Below are positions 1-9,989 of a stretch of DNA of 64,000 nt, piece by piece. A program made the translations under genes and the position numbers. This DNA comes from an uncultured Saprospiraceae bacterium. GTDB lineage: Bacteria > Bacteroidota > Bacteroidia > Chitinophagales > Saprospiraceae. The stretch's first letter is position 1. The number at the start of each line of letters is the position of its first letter. Location: assembly GCA_937927575.1 (NCBI GenBank), contig CALBEE010000058.1, forward strand, positions 1,489-65,488, given 5' to 3'. Below the pieces are notes generated by a model, which had not been told where the DNA came from, ran no database searches, and worked only from the letters and a program-made list of their open reading frames with translations.

Positions 1-230
1 TTATATAAAGAAATTAATCTAGTACGTTTTTTCATTCTCATGAATTGTCTACTTAATATTTTTTAAACACTCAGGCAGCAAATTCTCTATCTGCCACATC
101 TTACCTCTGAGAACAATACTAGTTGAGGACTCAATTAAATTTTAAGATATGGAGCAACTCTATGTCATTGAATATTAATATGGCTAAGATCCAAGTCATG
201 ATTCATTTTAATTGAAAAAAACCTACAACT

Positions 231-1211
231 ATGAAAATCTCTGCATTCCTTACAAGCATATGCTTTTTACTTCTTTTAAGCGCCTGTCAAAAAGAAGAGT
301 TACTCGAATCTTCTAATCAAGAAATTTCTATTAGAGATGATGAAGCCGAACATTATGATGGTCAAACTTCAGGACATGAACCTCATCCTTGTTGGGATGG
401 TATACCCAATAATTTAAGAGTGTTATTTATTGGCAATAGCTTCACTGCCACCTATACTACTGATATTCCTACCATGTTTTATCAATTAGCTATTGAAAGC
501 GGAGAAAGTATATCAACTGTTTCCAAATCTGCGATATTGGGATACACCCTTAGTCAACATCTCAACAACGGAGGTACACAAAGTCTAATAGATCAAGGTG
601 ATTGGGATTTCGTAATACTTCAAGAAAACTCAGGATTCCTAGCTAATGCTACCGGCGCAGCTACTGTGTTCGAAAATTCTGTTTCTTCTATGGTTGACGA
701 AATAAAAATTAAAAGTCCTGCTGCAAAAATACTGCTATATCAAGTGGTACCACCAGTCGCTTACTCACTTAACTATCATGCAATAAACAATGATTGGGAT
801 GTATTATTTGATGATGTAGCTAGTGGACATCCAGATGTGTCAGTAACTGATGTAGCAGGCGCTTTTAAATCAGAATATTCCACCGGTACTACGCCTGGAT
901 TTGATAATGGAACTGATATCCTAAGACTGCCCAGCACATATCAGCACCATTTTATGAATACAGGTGGTTTTATCTCGGCTGTCACTTTTTACTCAGACAT
1001 CTTTACTGAAAAACCTTGTGTTCCAGCTGAAATGACTTTTTGGTTAGGTGGAAGTACTCAAGGCTTAGATGATGTGCATAATCAAGTATACAATCTCGAA
1101 GAGATTCTTCAACTTGGATATATTCATGGATTCAACAGTTCGTTACCACCAGCCACAAATAATGACTGCCCACCAAAAGTAATGTGGGGTCTCGGAAGCG
1201 GTCCATGTTAA
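231..1211 (+). CDS. Secreted SGNH/GDSL-like hydrolase lipoprotein (DUF4886-like)
   Basis: N-terminal signal peptide with lipobox (LLLLSAC). Block-I-like motif LRVLFIGNSFT shortly after the signal. Long uninterrupted ORF. Confidence 0.5.
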   Translation: MKISAFLTSICFLLLLSACQKEELLESSNQEISIRDDEAEHYDGQTSGHEPHPCWDGIPNNLRVLFIGNSFTATYTTDIPTMFYQLAIESGESISTVSKSAILGYTLSQHLNNGGTQSLIDQGDWDFVILQENSGFLANATGAATVFENSVSSMVDEIKIKSPAAKILLYQVVPPVAYSLNYHAINNDWDVLFDDVASGHPDVSVTDVAGAFKSEYSTGTTPGFDNGTDILRLPSTYQHHFMNTGGFISAVTFYSDIFTEKPCVPAEMTFWLGGSTQGLDDVHNQVYNLEEILQLGYIHGFNSSLPPATNNDCPPKVMWGLGSGPC

Positions 1212-1294
1212 AAAAATATTCCTTGATAACAGCAAATCCCTGTGAAATAGCATCATATTAGAGTAGTAGTATTATTCTATAAAAATACATAAGA

Positions 1295-3337
1295 ATGAAA
1301 AGCACATTTACCTCTATTCTGTTATTATGTCTGTTTCACAGCATTTGCTTCTGTCAAGAGTACTATGTAACTAACTGCAATGCTATTAGTAGTGTGAATG
1401 AACTGTCCTCAATAGATAATCTTACGGTATCAATAGAGCCGTATTTTAATACCAATATAGAATATGTTTGCAATAACTCTGGGGACATTGATGGTCCATA
1501 TTGGATAGGATTTTCTCTAGATCCTAATTTTGAATATAATTTCAGTATTACCTCAAATAACTGTACAACTGAGCAAGGCCCACCTGAAAATATTGGAGTT
1601 CAATTAGCAATCTATGATACTTGCGATCCAAATGCATCTGCACTATATTGTAATACAGAAGCAAATGTTGGTTCTATTAATATCACTGAAGAAATTACAC
1701 TAGAGCCAAATAAAACTTATTATTTACTATTAGATAGCTACGCAGGATCCACTTGTGATGTTAGTATTAATGTTGAAAGATACTTGCCTATGGAATCGAT
1801 TACCGACTGGTATCATGCCGTAGGTGGATTTTTAGGATCCAGCACATATTGGTACAGAGATATTGGCGATACAATTATTAATGGTCTTGAATATAGAACC
1901 ATTGATGTATACCCTGAGCCTGACTTTCCATTTAATAGGTATTTAAGAGAAGAAATTAGCACTAAAAAAGTATATACTTATAACTCCTTTACTGAGCAAG
2001 AAAATTTACTCTATGATTTTGATGCAACTATCGGAGATGATATAAATATTTCAAATACTGGAACCTATACGGTCATCAACATAGATGAAGTAGAAAGCGA
2101 GTATGGGAATTTAAAAAGATGGGAACTGGACGGTCCTGGTCCTTCAATCTATGTTATCGAAGGAATAGGAAGTGCTGATTTATTCTTAGCGAATACCGCT
2201 TCCGATCCAGTTTTTGGCTTGCTATGTGCGTATCATGAAAATGATAAAATATTTGGTAATGATGATTGCATGCCTCCTCCTAGATGGGTTACAAGCGATT
2301 CTTTATTAAGCGTAGATATTTGTGAAGGAGATTCCTATCTATTCGGAGGAATTGAATATCAGGAAAGCGGAATATACATTGATTCTCTTACTAACTCCAT
2401 GGGCGCTGATTCCATTGTAACTTTGGATTTAAGCGTATTGCCAATTAGCATTACTAATATTGAGCAAGTGTTATGTGAAGGTGAATCCATAACTATTAAT
2501 GGAACCATTTTTGATGAATTTAGTCCAGCAGGAAATATAATAATTACCAACGGTGCGGCTAATGGATGCGATTCGATTATCAATGTTAATGTATCTTTTA
2601 TACCTATAATTGTTGAAAATTATGAAGCCATTATCTGCGAAGGAAGTTCAGAAATTTGGGCAGAGACTATGATCACTGAGGCGGGTGATTATACTTTTAA
2701 TTTAATATCAAGTGTTGGCTGTGATTCGATTATCAATTTGTCAGTAGAAGTCATTGATGATATAATTAATGAAACTAACGTTACAGTATGTGAAGGAGAA
2801 ACTATCATCATTGACGGAGAAGAAATTACCCAAAGTGGTACCTATCAAACAGTATATGAAGCAGCAAATGGCTGTGACTCAGTTGTAGTTTTGAATGTTA
2901 ATTTCTTGTCTACAGTTACAATAGAAGAAACTTTGTTCTTTTGCCCTGATGATCCAATAATTATTGACGGCAATCCTGTTGCTGAAGGAGTTTATGAAAC
3001 AATATTGACGGATATAAATGGTTGTGATTCAATTAGCATTCTAACCGTTATCGCACTTTCAGAATCAGATCCAGAATGTCTATCAAGTATATATGATCTG
3101 GAGGCTCTTCAACTTGTTTTATCTCCAAATCCTTTTCAACAAATAATTAATTTATCCACAGAAGAAATAATAGAAAGTGTTGAGATACTTAGTCTTGATG
3201 GAAAGAGACTAGATTATATAGATAAAATAAATGACCGAAAATATAATTACGATGGGTCGCGATTACCTTTTGGTATCTTCTTAATGGCTGTTAGATCAAA
3301 TAAGAAAATAGCTATAGAAAAAGTCATAAAGTATTGA
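1295..3337 (+). CDS. T9SS-secreted repeat protein with type A C-terminal sorting domain; five tandem ~48-aa Cys-containing repeats
   Basis: Signal peptide. Five tandem repeats with pattern C-E-G-[ES]...G.Y...NGCDS (nt ~2313-3062). C-terminal ~80 aa (LSPNPF...IEKVIKY) matches the T9SS type A CTD beta-sandwich pattern. Confidence 0.6.
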   Translation: MKSTFTSILLLCLFHSICFCQEYYVTNCNAISSVNELSSIDNLTVSIEPYFNTNIEYVCNNSGDIDGPYWIGFSLDPNFEYNFSITSNNCTTEQGPPENIGVQLAIYDTCDPNASALYCNTEANVGSINITEEITLEPNKTYYLLLDSYAGSTCDVSINVERYLPMESITDWYHAVGGFLGSSTYWYRDIGDTIINGLEYRTIDVYPEPDFPFNRYLREEISTKKVYTYNSFTEQENLLYDFDATIGDDINISNTGTYTVINIDEVESEYGNLKRWELDGPGPSIYVIEGIGSADLFLANTASDPVFGLLCAYHENDKIFGNDDCMPPPRWVTSDSLLSVDICEGDSYLFGGIEYQESGIYIDSLTNSMGADSIVTLDLSVLPISITNIEQVLCEGESITINGTIFDEFSPAGNIIITNGAANGCDSIINVNVSFIPIIVENYEAIICEGSSEIWAETMITEAGDYTFNLISSVGCDSIINLSVEVIDDIINETNVTVCEGETIIIDGEEITQSGTYQTVYEAANGCDSVVVLNVNFLSTVTIEETLFFCPDDPIIIDGNPVAEGVYETILTDINGCDSISILTVIALSESDPECLSSIYDLEALQLVLSPNPFQQIINLSTEEIIESVEILSLDGKRLDYIDKINDRKYNYDGSRLPFGIFLMAVRSNKKIAIEKVIKY

Positions 3338-4227
3338 AAATAAAATCACATTATATTCAAGTCTCAGAACTACATAATATTCATTACCAAACTATAGGAC
3401 ATGAAAAAGATCCTCCACTAATATTAATACATGGAGGTCCAGGTGTAGGTTGTACAGAAAATGATTTGAGGTTCGTTGCCGGTTTAAAAGTAAAGGCTAT
3501 ATTAATAGATCAACGCGGGTGCGGAAAAAGTACGCCCAAAGGAAGTATAGCTGAAAACTCTACTCAAAATCTAATCGATGATATTATTTGTATAATGGAC
3601 TTTTTAAATATTCCAAAAGCAAATATATTAGGTGGTTCTTGGGGAAGTACTTTAGCGATTTTGTTTACAATGCAACATCAAGATCGAGTAGAAAATTTAT
3701 TAATACGAGGACTATTTATGGCCACAAAAAAAAGTTGGGACTCATATAATGATCAAACCACAAAAGCGTTTAAAAAACTTAAAAGTTATATTTCTGAAGA
3801 TTGTAATGGAACAATTTGGGAATGTTACTACGATAAATTAATAAATAGCAATACTCCAGATCAAGAGAAGTTTGTGCGGTATTTCGCCGAATATAATATT
3901 GAAAAGATTACAGAAGGAAAAGTAACGGCTCTAGAACCTAATGTAGACATCAAAGAGGTCTTGGCTATCAATAGAATAAGGTTACATTATATGGTCAATG
4001 ATTTCTTCATCGAAGACAATTATATCTGGAATAATATATCTACTCTACAAAATATACCAATCACTATTATTCACGGTAAATATGATGAAATATGTGATCC
4101 ATCCGCTGTAGAGAAATTTTCCAACCTTTTACCTCATACAACAGTATTATGGGTGAAAGCAGGACATAGTCCAAAAGAAAATGCTTTAGTAAAAGGCGTC
4201 AGAATGGCTATATCTAATTTGTTATAA
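3334..4227 (+). CDS. pip: Alpha/beta hydrolase, proline iminopeptidase (S33) family
   Basis: HGGPG oxyanion motif (LILIHGGPGVGC). GxSxG nucleophile motif (GGSWGSTLA). C-terminal His region. TTG start overlapping the upstream stop codon (TTGA), suggesting translational coupling. Confidence 0.6.
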   Translation: MKIKSHYIQVSELHNIHYQTIGHEKDPPLILIHGGPGVGCTENDLRFVAGLKVKAILIDQRGCGKSTPKGSIAENSTQNLIDDIICIMDFLNIPKANILGGSWGSTLAILFTMQHQDRVENLLIRGLFMATKKSWDSYNDQTTKAFKKLKSYISEDCNGTIWECYYDKLINSNTPDQEKFVRYFAEYNIEKITEGKVTALEPNVDIKEVLAINRIRLHYMVNDFFIEDNYIWNNISTLQNIPITIIHGKYDEICDPSAVEKFSNLLPHTTVLWVKAGHSPKENALVKGVRMAISNLL

Positions 4228-4314
4228 TGTCGTTGTTACTATCTATGACAAATTAATAACGATTAGAAAATTACTACACCTTATCTTCGTCTTTTAAATC
4301 ATTATGACAATACA

Positions 4315-4761
4315 ATGAAAAGAAACATATATTTAGCCTTATTACTTCTTGCCGGAATTTTTGTTTCTAGTTGCGATAGAAAAGAAGATCATGATCACGA
4401 CAACCTAGGTGTTTCAGAATTTGATTATAGAATAAATATCAACGCACCTACTCAAGGTATTCATATCCTTCAAGATTCAATGTTGCTTTATATAGATTTT
4501 ATTAGCGACAAGAATGCTGTTGTTCACCATGTCAATGTTAGAATTTATAATAAATCCACAGGTGACGAAATATACAATGCTCCTGAAGAAGCACATGTCC
4601 ATGAATCAAGCGGTCTATTTTCATGGCGCGATGACCTATTCTTAAGTGAAGAAAATGGTCTCTCCCCAGACAATGTTTATGTAGTGGAGGCAAAGGTATG
4701 GGGGCACAGTGCTGGACTAGAAGAAGTAGTAAGTTTAATCGAAATTAATATTCAAGAGTAA
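4315..4761 (+). CDS. Hypothetical His-rich lipoprotein
   Basis: Signal peptide plus lipobox (VSSC). His/Asp cluster DHDHDN after the lipobox and further His pairs (HHVNV, HVHESS). No recognisable catalytic motif. Confidence 0.45.
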   Translation: MKRNIYLALLLLAGIFVSSCDRKEDHDHDNLGVSEFDYRININAPTQGIHILQDSMLLYIDFISDKNAVVHHVNVRIYNKSTGDEIYNAPEEAHVHESSGLFSWRDDLFLSEENGLSPDNVYVVEAKVWGHSAGLEEVVSLIEINIQE

Positions 4762-4763
4762 TG

Positions 4764-5600
4764 TTATGCTATCGACTTCTTATATGTAGTTGGAGAGGCT
4801 CCTACGTTGTTTTTAAAAAATCGACTAAAGCTTGCTGGATCATCAAAGCCTAATTCGTAAGCGATTTCTTTGGTAGAATTTTCTGTATACTGCAAAAGCC
4901 TTTTAGCTTCTTGTACTATCCTGTTCTTAATCACTTGTAATGGAGTAGGACCACTATTCTTAGAGAACAAATTACTAAGTGTTTTTGGTGATTTATTCAT
5001 AAGACTTGCGTAGTCCTGTACTTGATGAAGTTTTTTAAAGTTTTGTTCAACCAACAAATTAAATGAGCGGATCGTATCTGATTCAAAATCATCTATATCA
5101 TTAGACAAATATTGTACTTTGCCTAATCGAGTTACTAGTATGATTAATCTCTTTAATAACATACGCATCATCTCACCCTGAATATCTTTTTCTTCAAACT
5201 CATCTTGAAAAATTTCTGATAGAAGATTAAGTTTTCTTTGGTGATTTTCATCAAGCTCAATAAACATATTTTTTTCGTTACCATAGAATATAAAACCTAC
5301 GCAACCCACTTCCTGGTCATGATCTATTACGCAATAAAAATCTCTATTAAATTGCCAAGCAATAATATCTTGAGGAGTTTCAAACTTAAAACTATCGCTT
5401 ACCATCAAGGGTAAAACGGTCTGACTCGGAAATTCATATTCTACATCATCAATCAACACTTTTTGTTGTGGTCCTGTATTCCAGGCTATGGTAAGAAGTG
5501 AAAAATCTTGATCTCTAAAATAAAGTCGATCAAAAGACTGCTCATCCCTTATAAACTGAAGTAAAGCAGAAGTCGAGGGCTCAGAATAAGAAAGTATCAT
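4764..5600 (-). CDS. AraC family transcriptional regulator
   Basis: C-terminal AraC-type helix-turn-helix signature (IAYELGFDDPASFSRFFKNNVGASPTTYKK). Confidence 0.7.
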   Translation of the reverse strand: MILSYSEPSTSALLQFIRDEQSFDRLYFRDQDFSLLTIAWNTGPQQKVLIDDVEYEFPSQTVLPLMVSDSFKFETPQDIIAWQFNRDFYCVIDHDQEVGCVGFIFYGNEKNMFIELDENHQRKLNLLSEIFQDEFEEKDIQGEMMRMLLKRLIILVTRLGKVQYLSNDIDDFESDTIRSFNLLVEQNFKKLHQVQDYASLMNKSPKTLSNLFSKNSGPTPLQVIKNRIVQEAKRLLQYTENSTKEIAYELGFDDPASFSRFFKNNVGASPTTYKKSIA

Positions 5601-5677
5601 TGTCTATGTTTGATAATACAATAAAGATAACCTTGTTCTCTGAGATAAGTTGAATAATCCCTAATATTATTAAAAGA

Positions 5678-8254
5678 TCACCACCATAGATTTACTCCGA
5701 TATTAGGCGTCCATTTTAAGCCCCTCTCTTGTGTTTCTATCAGATTGGGTAGCATCCCAGGATCAGTACTAGGCTCAAGTAAGTATGATTTACCAAGTAC
5801 ATTTACTGCATTAGAAATATTTTGAATCGAAATGACAGCTGTACCGTGAAAACCCTTAGTATCTCCAAAATGATAACTCACTGATCCATCTAGCCTATAG
5901 TAATTATTCAATCTGCTATCATTAATAGAGTCATATTGTATAAAAGGCACATCTACCCCATTATTATTAGTACGTACACCTACACCAATGGCTTGAGTAA
6001 ATGGTTGTCCACTTCGTAATTGTGCACTCAGAGCATATTCAAATTGGCGACTCTTATAGAGGTTGACCCATTGTAATATATGTCTATGATCATGGCTTGA
6101 AGGGAACGATGATTCTTCTAGAGTTGGAAATTCATATTTAGTTTCTGACAAGGTATAACTGATCCAACTTCTATAATTTTTGATTCGCTTCTTTACTAAT
6201 AAATCGATGCCACGTATTCTAGAGTTTCCTTTACTATATGGTTGATCCGTGAGATCGCCAAAATTGCTTGTAAGACTTGTGATTCCCACTAATTCCTTTA
6301 CATAACCTTCAAGATCCAGCGTCCATGATTTATTATTATATACGATCCCTCCTGTCCACTGATTGGATTCTATAACTGGTATTGTCGTATTATTACTCGC
6401 AATCCAAACTTGATTACTAAAATTAAGATCGTTAATATCCAAGAGTACTAATTGACTAATAAATTGAAAAAGTTTACTTGTACTTGCTTTCAATCTTACA
6501 TGATCTGATACTTCAGTAACTAAAGATATTCTAGGTTCAAAATAATTGTTTTTAATTTCAGTTTGGTACTGGTATCTGAGACCCATATCTAATTTTAATA
6601 TCTTAGGTACAGTCAAAGCATACTCTCCATACAATGCATTCTGAATATTCAAATTTTGCTGCATGTTATTTTCTTCTTCACCAAATTCTATCTTACCTAT
6701 CTCTAAATTAATTCTATTATCAGTAGTTTGAGCTCCAAATTTAAAATGTTGTGTATCGGATAACTTATAATCAAAATTTAATTTAAGACCATCATCATTG
6801 ATTAAGTTTCCTGATGTGTATTGAACAGGAGGATCTACATCTTGATCTTTAAGTTCGAAAGTCAATGAGTAATTATAGCGATAATACGAATTGGTCAAAT
6901 CCAATTGACTTGAAAGTTTGTCTGTCCATTTTCTAGACCAATGTAGATTTACTCCTCCATTTTTTAGATTCAATTTGTCTACGGAGTACGCATTAAAATT
7001 GGGTACATCTGAGTAATATTCTAAATTATTTAACCCTCCAATACTACTTAACACGAATCGATTTTTTCCTGGAGCGTATATAAATTTAAAACTTGCGTCA
7101 CTAAATCTAAATTGATTGTTTAAATCCAATCCTGTCACTCCAAAATCTGTATCCTCAAGCTTTGTTCCTTGAAATACTTTCTCCGCATAACTTCTAAATG
7201 TTGGAGTTCCTAAATTTGGTGCTATACTACTTCTTGAAGAAATAATGAGCCCTGCATTTTTCCAAAGAGAAATTTCTGTATGTATCCCCATATGAGTTAA
7301 GTTAGCATTAACACCTATATCAAATGTTTTTGGTACACTATCTCTACTATTAATATCAATTACTCCTGATACTCTTCCGCCATATTCACTAGCGATAGCA
7401 CTTCTGTGTACATTCACTTTATCAATTACTACTGGATTAAAAGCTGATATGTTTCCGAAAAAATGGCTGGTGTGATAAACGGGAATACCGTCCCATAATA
7501 TCAAATTTTGATCTGGTGTTCCCCCTCTCATATGAATCGAATTCAGCGATTCAGATGTAGAATATACACCAGGTAAAAACTGTACAGCTGCCAAGACATC
7601 ATCTTCTACAGAACCTGGTAAAACATTTAAATTATCTGGCTCTATAATAATGTCATGCGCATCACCTTCTTGCCTAACTCCATCAAAAAGATATTCGGTA
7701 ACGATGATTTCATTGAGAGAATTATTTTGAACCATATAATATGTGGGACAACTACCATTATTTGAAGTAGTGGTATTTATCACAGTATCATCATATCCAA
7801 TAAATGATACGCCTACTTTATCTTCATTTTTAATGCTGAGTTCAAAATATCCACTTGCATCTGTTTCAGTACCCAAGGAGCTTTTTCTAATATATACACT
7901 AGCAAATGGTAATACTTCTTCCGTAAGATTATCTTTTATCGTTCCGCAAATTACTCTAGACTTTATTTCTTTATTGGGTATAATGATAATATGAGTGTCA
8001 TCAATTTTATCAAATATTATTTGAGTCTGAATCTCTATTTTACTAAGAATTTCCTCTAAAGTATAAGCACCTGCATCAAGGCTTATTTTATATTCAGAAA
8101 TACTTCTATCAGCATAAGAAAATTGAACTTGATGGCGCGACTCTATTTTTTGTAATACCAACGAAAGACTTTGATCCATTACTACATCATAGTCTACTTG
8201 CGCAGTACAACACATAGAAAAAAACAAGAAAAGAATAAAGCAAAAATTTCTCAT
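5678..8254 (-). CDS. TonB-dependent outer-membrane receptor with N-terminal signalling (STN-like) extension and carboxypeptidase-regulatory-like domain
   Basis: Signal peptide. N-terminal extension typical of transducer-type TBDRs. CarbopepD_reg-like segment (ASVYIRKSSLGTETDASGYFEL). Plug region. Long beta-barrel ending in an aromatic residue (NLWW). Sits immediately downstream of FecR and the ECF sigma factor. Confidence 0.7.
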   Translation of the reverse strand: MRNFCFILFLFFSMCCTAQVDYDVVMDQSLSLVLQKIESRHQVQFSYADRSISEYKISLDAGAYTLEEILSKIEIQTQIIFDKIDDTHIIIIPNKEIKSRVICGTIKDNLTEEVLPFASVYIRKSSLGTETDASGYFELSIKNEDKVGVSFIGYDDTVINTTTSNNGSCPTYYMVQNNSLNEIIVTEYLFDGVRQEGDAHDIIIEPDNLNVLPGSVEDDVLAAVQFLPGVYSTSESLNSIHMRGGTPDQNLILWDGIPVYHTSHFFGNISAFNPVVIDKVNVHRSAIASEYGGRVSGVIDINSRDSVPKTFDIGVNANLTHMGIHTEISLWKNAGLIISSRSSIAPNLGTPTFRSYAEKVFQGTKLEDTDFGVTGLDLNNQFRFSDASFKFIYAPGKNRFVLSSIGGLNNLEYYSDVPNFNAYSVDKLNLKNGGVNLHWSRKWTDKLSSQLDLTNSYYRYNYSLTFELKDQDVDPPVQYTSGNLINDDGLKLNFDYKLSDTQHFKFGAQTTDNRINLEIGKIEFGEEENNMQQNLNIQNALYGEYALTVPKILKLDMGLRYQYQTEIKNNYFEPRISLVTEVSDHVRLKASTSKLFQFISQLVLLDINDLNFSNQVWIASNNTTIPVIESNQWTGGIVYNNKSWTLDLEGYVKELVGITSLTSNFGDLTDQPYSKGNSRIRGIDLLVKKRIKNYRSWISYTLSETKYEFPTLEESSFPSSHDHRHILQWVNLYKSRQFEYALSAQLRSGQPFTQAIGVGVRTNNNGVDVPFIQYDSINDSRLNNYYRLDGSVSYHFGDTKGFHGTAVISIQNISNAVNVLGKSYLLEPSTDPGMLPNLIETQERGLKWTPNIGVNLWW

Positions 8255-8272
8255 AATGCAGTTTGAGAATTT

Positions 8273-9175
8273 CTATTGGATCGTGATGCTTGTCTTTTTT
8301 TGATCCAGCTCATATGATATTCCCATAGGTAAAAATACCATTCTTAGAGCTTTGTCAATGTCGTCATGTACAAAGCTTCCGGTAAATTTTTCATTACCAT
8401 CCGAAAGTTGACCTTTGACTTTGACGTTATACTGGGCTTCTAAGGCTAATATCACTTCATCCATAGGACTACTGCTAAATATTGATTCACCATTTATCCA
8501 AGCCCCAATTTGTTCAATCTTTACTTTTCCTTGTACCGTAGTAACGTTCTTGGTAGAAACTACCGTTTCTCCAGGATTCAAAATATAGTCTCGCTCTGTA
8601 TCGACCCTTACTCTTCCTGTTTTACAAGCCACATTAAAGTGATTGTTCCTAGAAAAAACATTAAATGATGTTCCTAAGACTGTGACTGTGCCATTATCAG
8701 TCTGAACAACGAAGGTGGCTCCTTTCTTCACCTCGAAAAAAGCTTCTCCTGATAAATTGAGCTTTCTGTTACTTTTAAAGTCAGCATCATACTGTATTTG
8801 TGTATTGGCATTGAGCCTAATAATAGAGCCATCAGGTAAAGTATGACTTACGTGAGATAATGTATCATTCTCTACCCGAATAACATCGTCTAACAATGCT
8901 GTATATGCCAACACAGCAATTAATAATGCAGCAATTCCACTCATCCAATACCTAAGCGATCGAATATTTTTGGTATCACTTTGAATATTTAAGTCCCTCT
9001 TTATCTTTCCAAGAAGCGCCTGACTATCTATCTCAGGTACTTCTAGCTGATCTGCCACGTCTTTTATCATCTTAAGATCTCCAGACATCTTAGCATCATA
9101 CTGGTGATTCAGACTTTCATCAGAAATCGACCCTTCTAGCCACTTGGCAATGATATGTTCCTTGTTTTCTTCCAC
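8273..9175 (-). CDS. FecR family anti-sigma factor (transmembrane sensor)
   Basis: Single TM segment mid-protein (WMSGIAALLIAVLAYTALL). FecR-like periplasmic domain. Position between the ECF sigma factor and the TBDR. Confidence 0.7.
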   Translation of the reverse strand: MEENKEHIIAKWLEGSISDESLNHQYDAKMSGDLKMIKDVADQLEVPEIDSQALLGKIKRDLNIQSDTKNIRSLRYWMSGIAALLIAVLAYTALLDDVIRVENDTLSHVSHTLPDGSIIRLNANTQIQYDADFKSNRKLNLSGEAFFEVKKGATFVVQTDNGTVTVLGTSFNVFSRNNHFNVACKTGRVRVDTERDYILNPGETVVSTKNVTTVQGKVKIEQIGAWINGESIFSSSPMDEVILALEAQYNVKVKGQLSDGNEKFTGSFVHDDIDKALRMVFLPMGISYELDQKKTSITIQ

Positions 9176-9211
9176 TTACCTACTCAGACAGTTATGATTT
9201 TATTTACCCTA

Positions 9212-9712
9212 CTATATTTTTTGATGTACTTTTCTTAATTCTAATAAGGCTTGAGACATTCTTTTTTCTATCGCCTTTTGACTTACTCCAAGGAGGCTTG
9301 CGATTTCTCTATATTTCAGGCCATCTATTCTATTCATCAAAAACACTTCTCGTTGACTTTCGGGTAAATTTGTTATGGCTTCCTCTAATTTTGATTTGAA
9401 TTCTTTCATTTCTAATAGATATTCAGGCGAATGTACTTGAGAAGATCTATTATCCGCCATAGCAAATCTTATCACTACTTTTTGGTGTTCCAGCTTATTG
9501 AGCCAAAGATTTCTAATACTTGTATATAGATATGATTTCTCTTTTCCTGGAGTAACTGACGACATCTTATGCCAGTACTTAGTAAATGCCTCTTGCACTA
9601 AGTCTTCAGCAGATTGACGCTCTTTTGTCTGATAATAAGCATATCTGTAGAGCGGTTGAATCCACTCATTATATACATTATTAAAGATTTTCTCTTTTTG
9701 AGATGAGGTCAT
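9212..9712 (-). CDS. RNA polymerase ECF-type sigma-70 factor
   Basis: Sigma70 region 2 (EDLVQEAFTKYW) and region 4 HTH (YREIASLLGVSQKAIEKRMSQAL). Confidence 0.75.
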   Translation of the reverse strand: MTSSQKEKIFNNVYNEWIQPLYRYAYYQTKERQSAEDLVQEAFTKYWHKMSSVTPGKEKSYLYTSIRNLWLNKLEHQKVVIRFAMADNRSSQVHSPEYLLEMKEFKSKLEEAITNLPESQREVFLMNRIDGLKYREIASLLGVSQKAIEKRMSQALLELRKVHQKI

Positions 9713-9989
9713 ATTGGCTTACGTATCTTTAGTAAAGATATTAATTTGAAAATTAGACGCTAGATTATTGAAAATGTTAACTCAACACCGATAAGAAGAA
9801 TTTATTTTCCTTACCATTTTTAATGGCTATCATTTAAACTTATCATACCTGAGACAGTGAGTTAATCGAGACTTAAGCAGGCCATATATAGCCATATAAA
9901 AGTAAAACTGTTCTCCTTGAGTAGGGTAAAATAAACTTCATCGGTCTTAATTCTACAAATCACAAACTCCTACTCTGAAAATTCAGCTT

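Noticed and set aside
2359-2583. Many short antisense or embedded ORFs inside long genes (for example 2359-2583, 7743-7994, 12333-12599, 16358-16576, 19383-19643, 23440-23631, 34233-34932, 41652-42502, 55545-55877, 62000-62248)
   Set aside because: They lie wholly within, and opposite to or out of frame with, long ORFs that have clear protein-family signatures. They have no motifs, and low-complexity translations typical of chance ORFs in AT-rich DNA.
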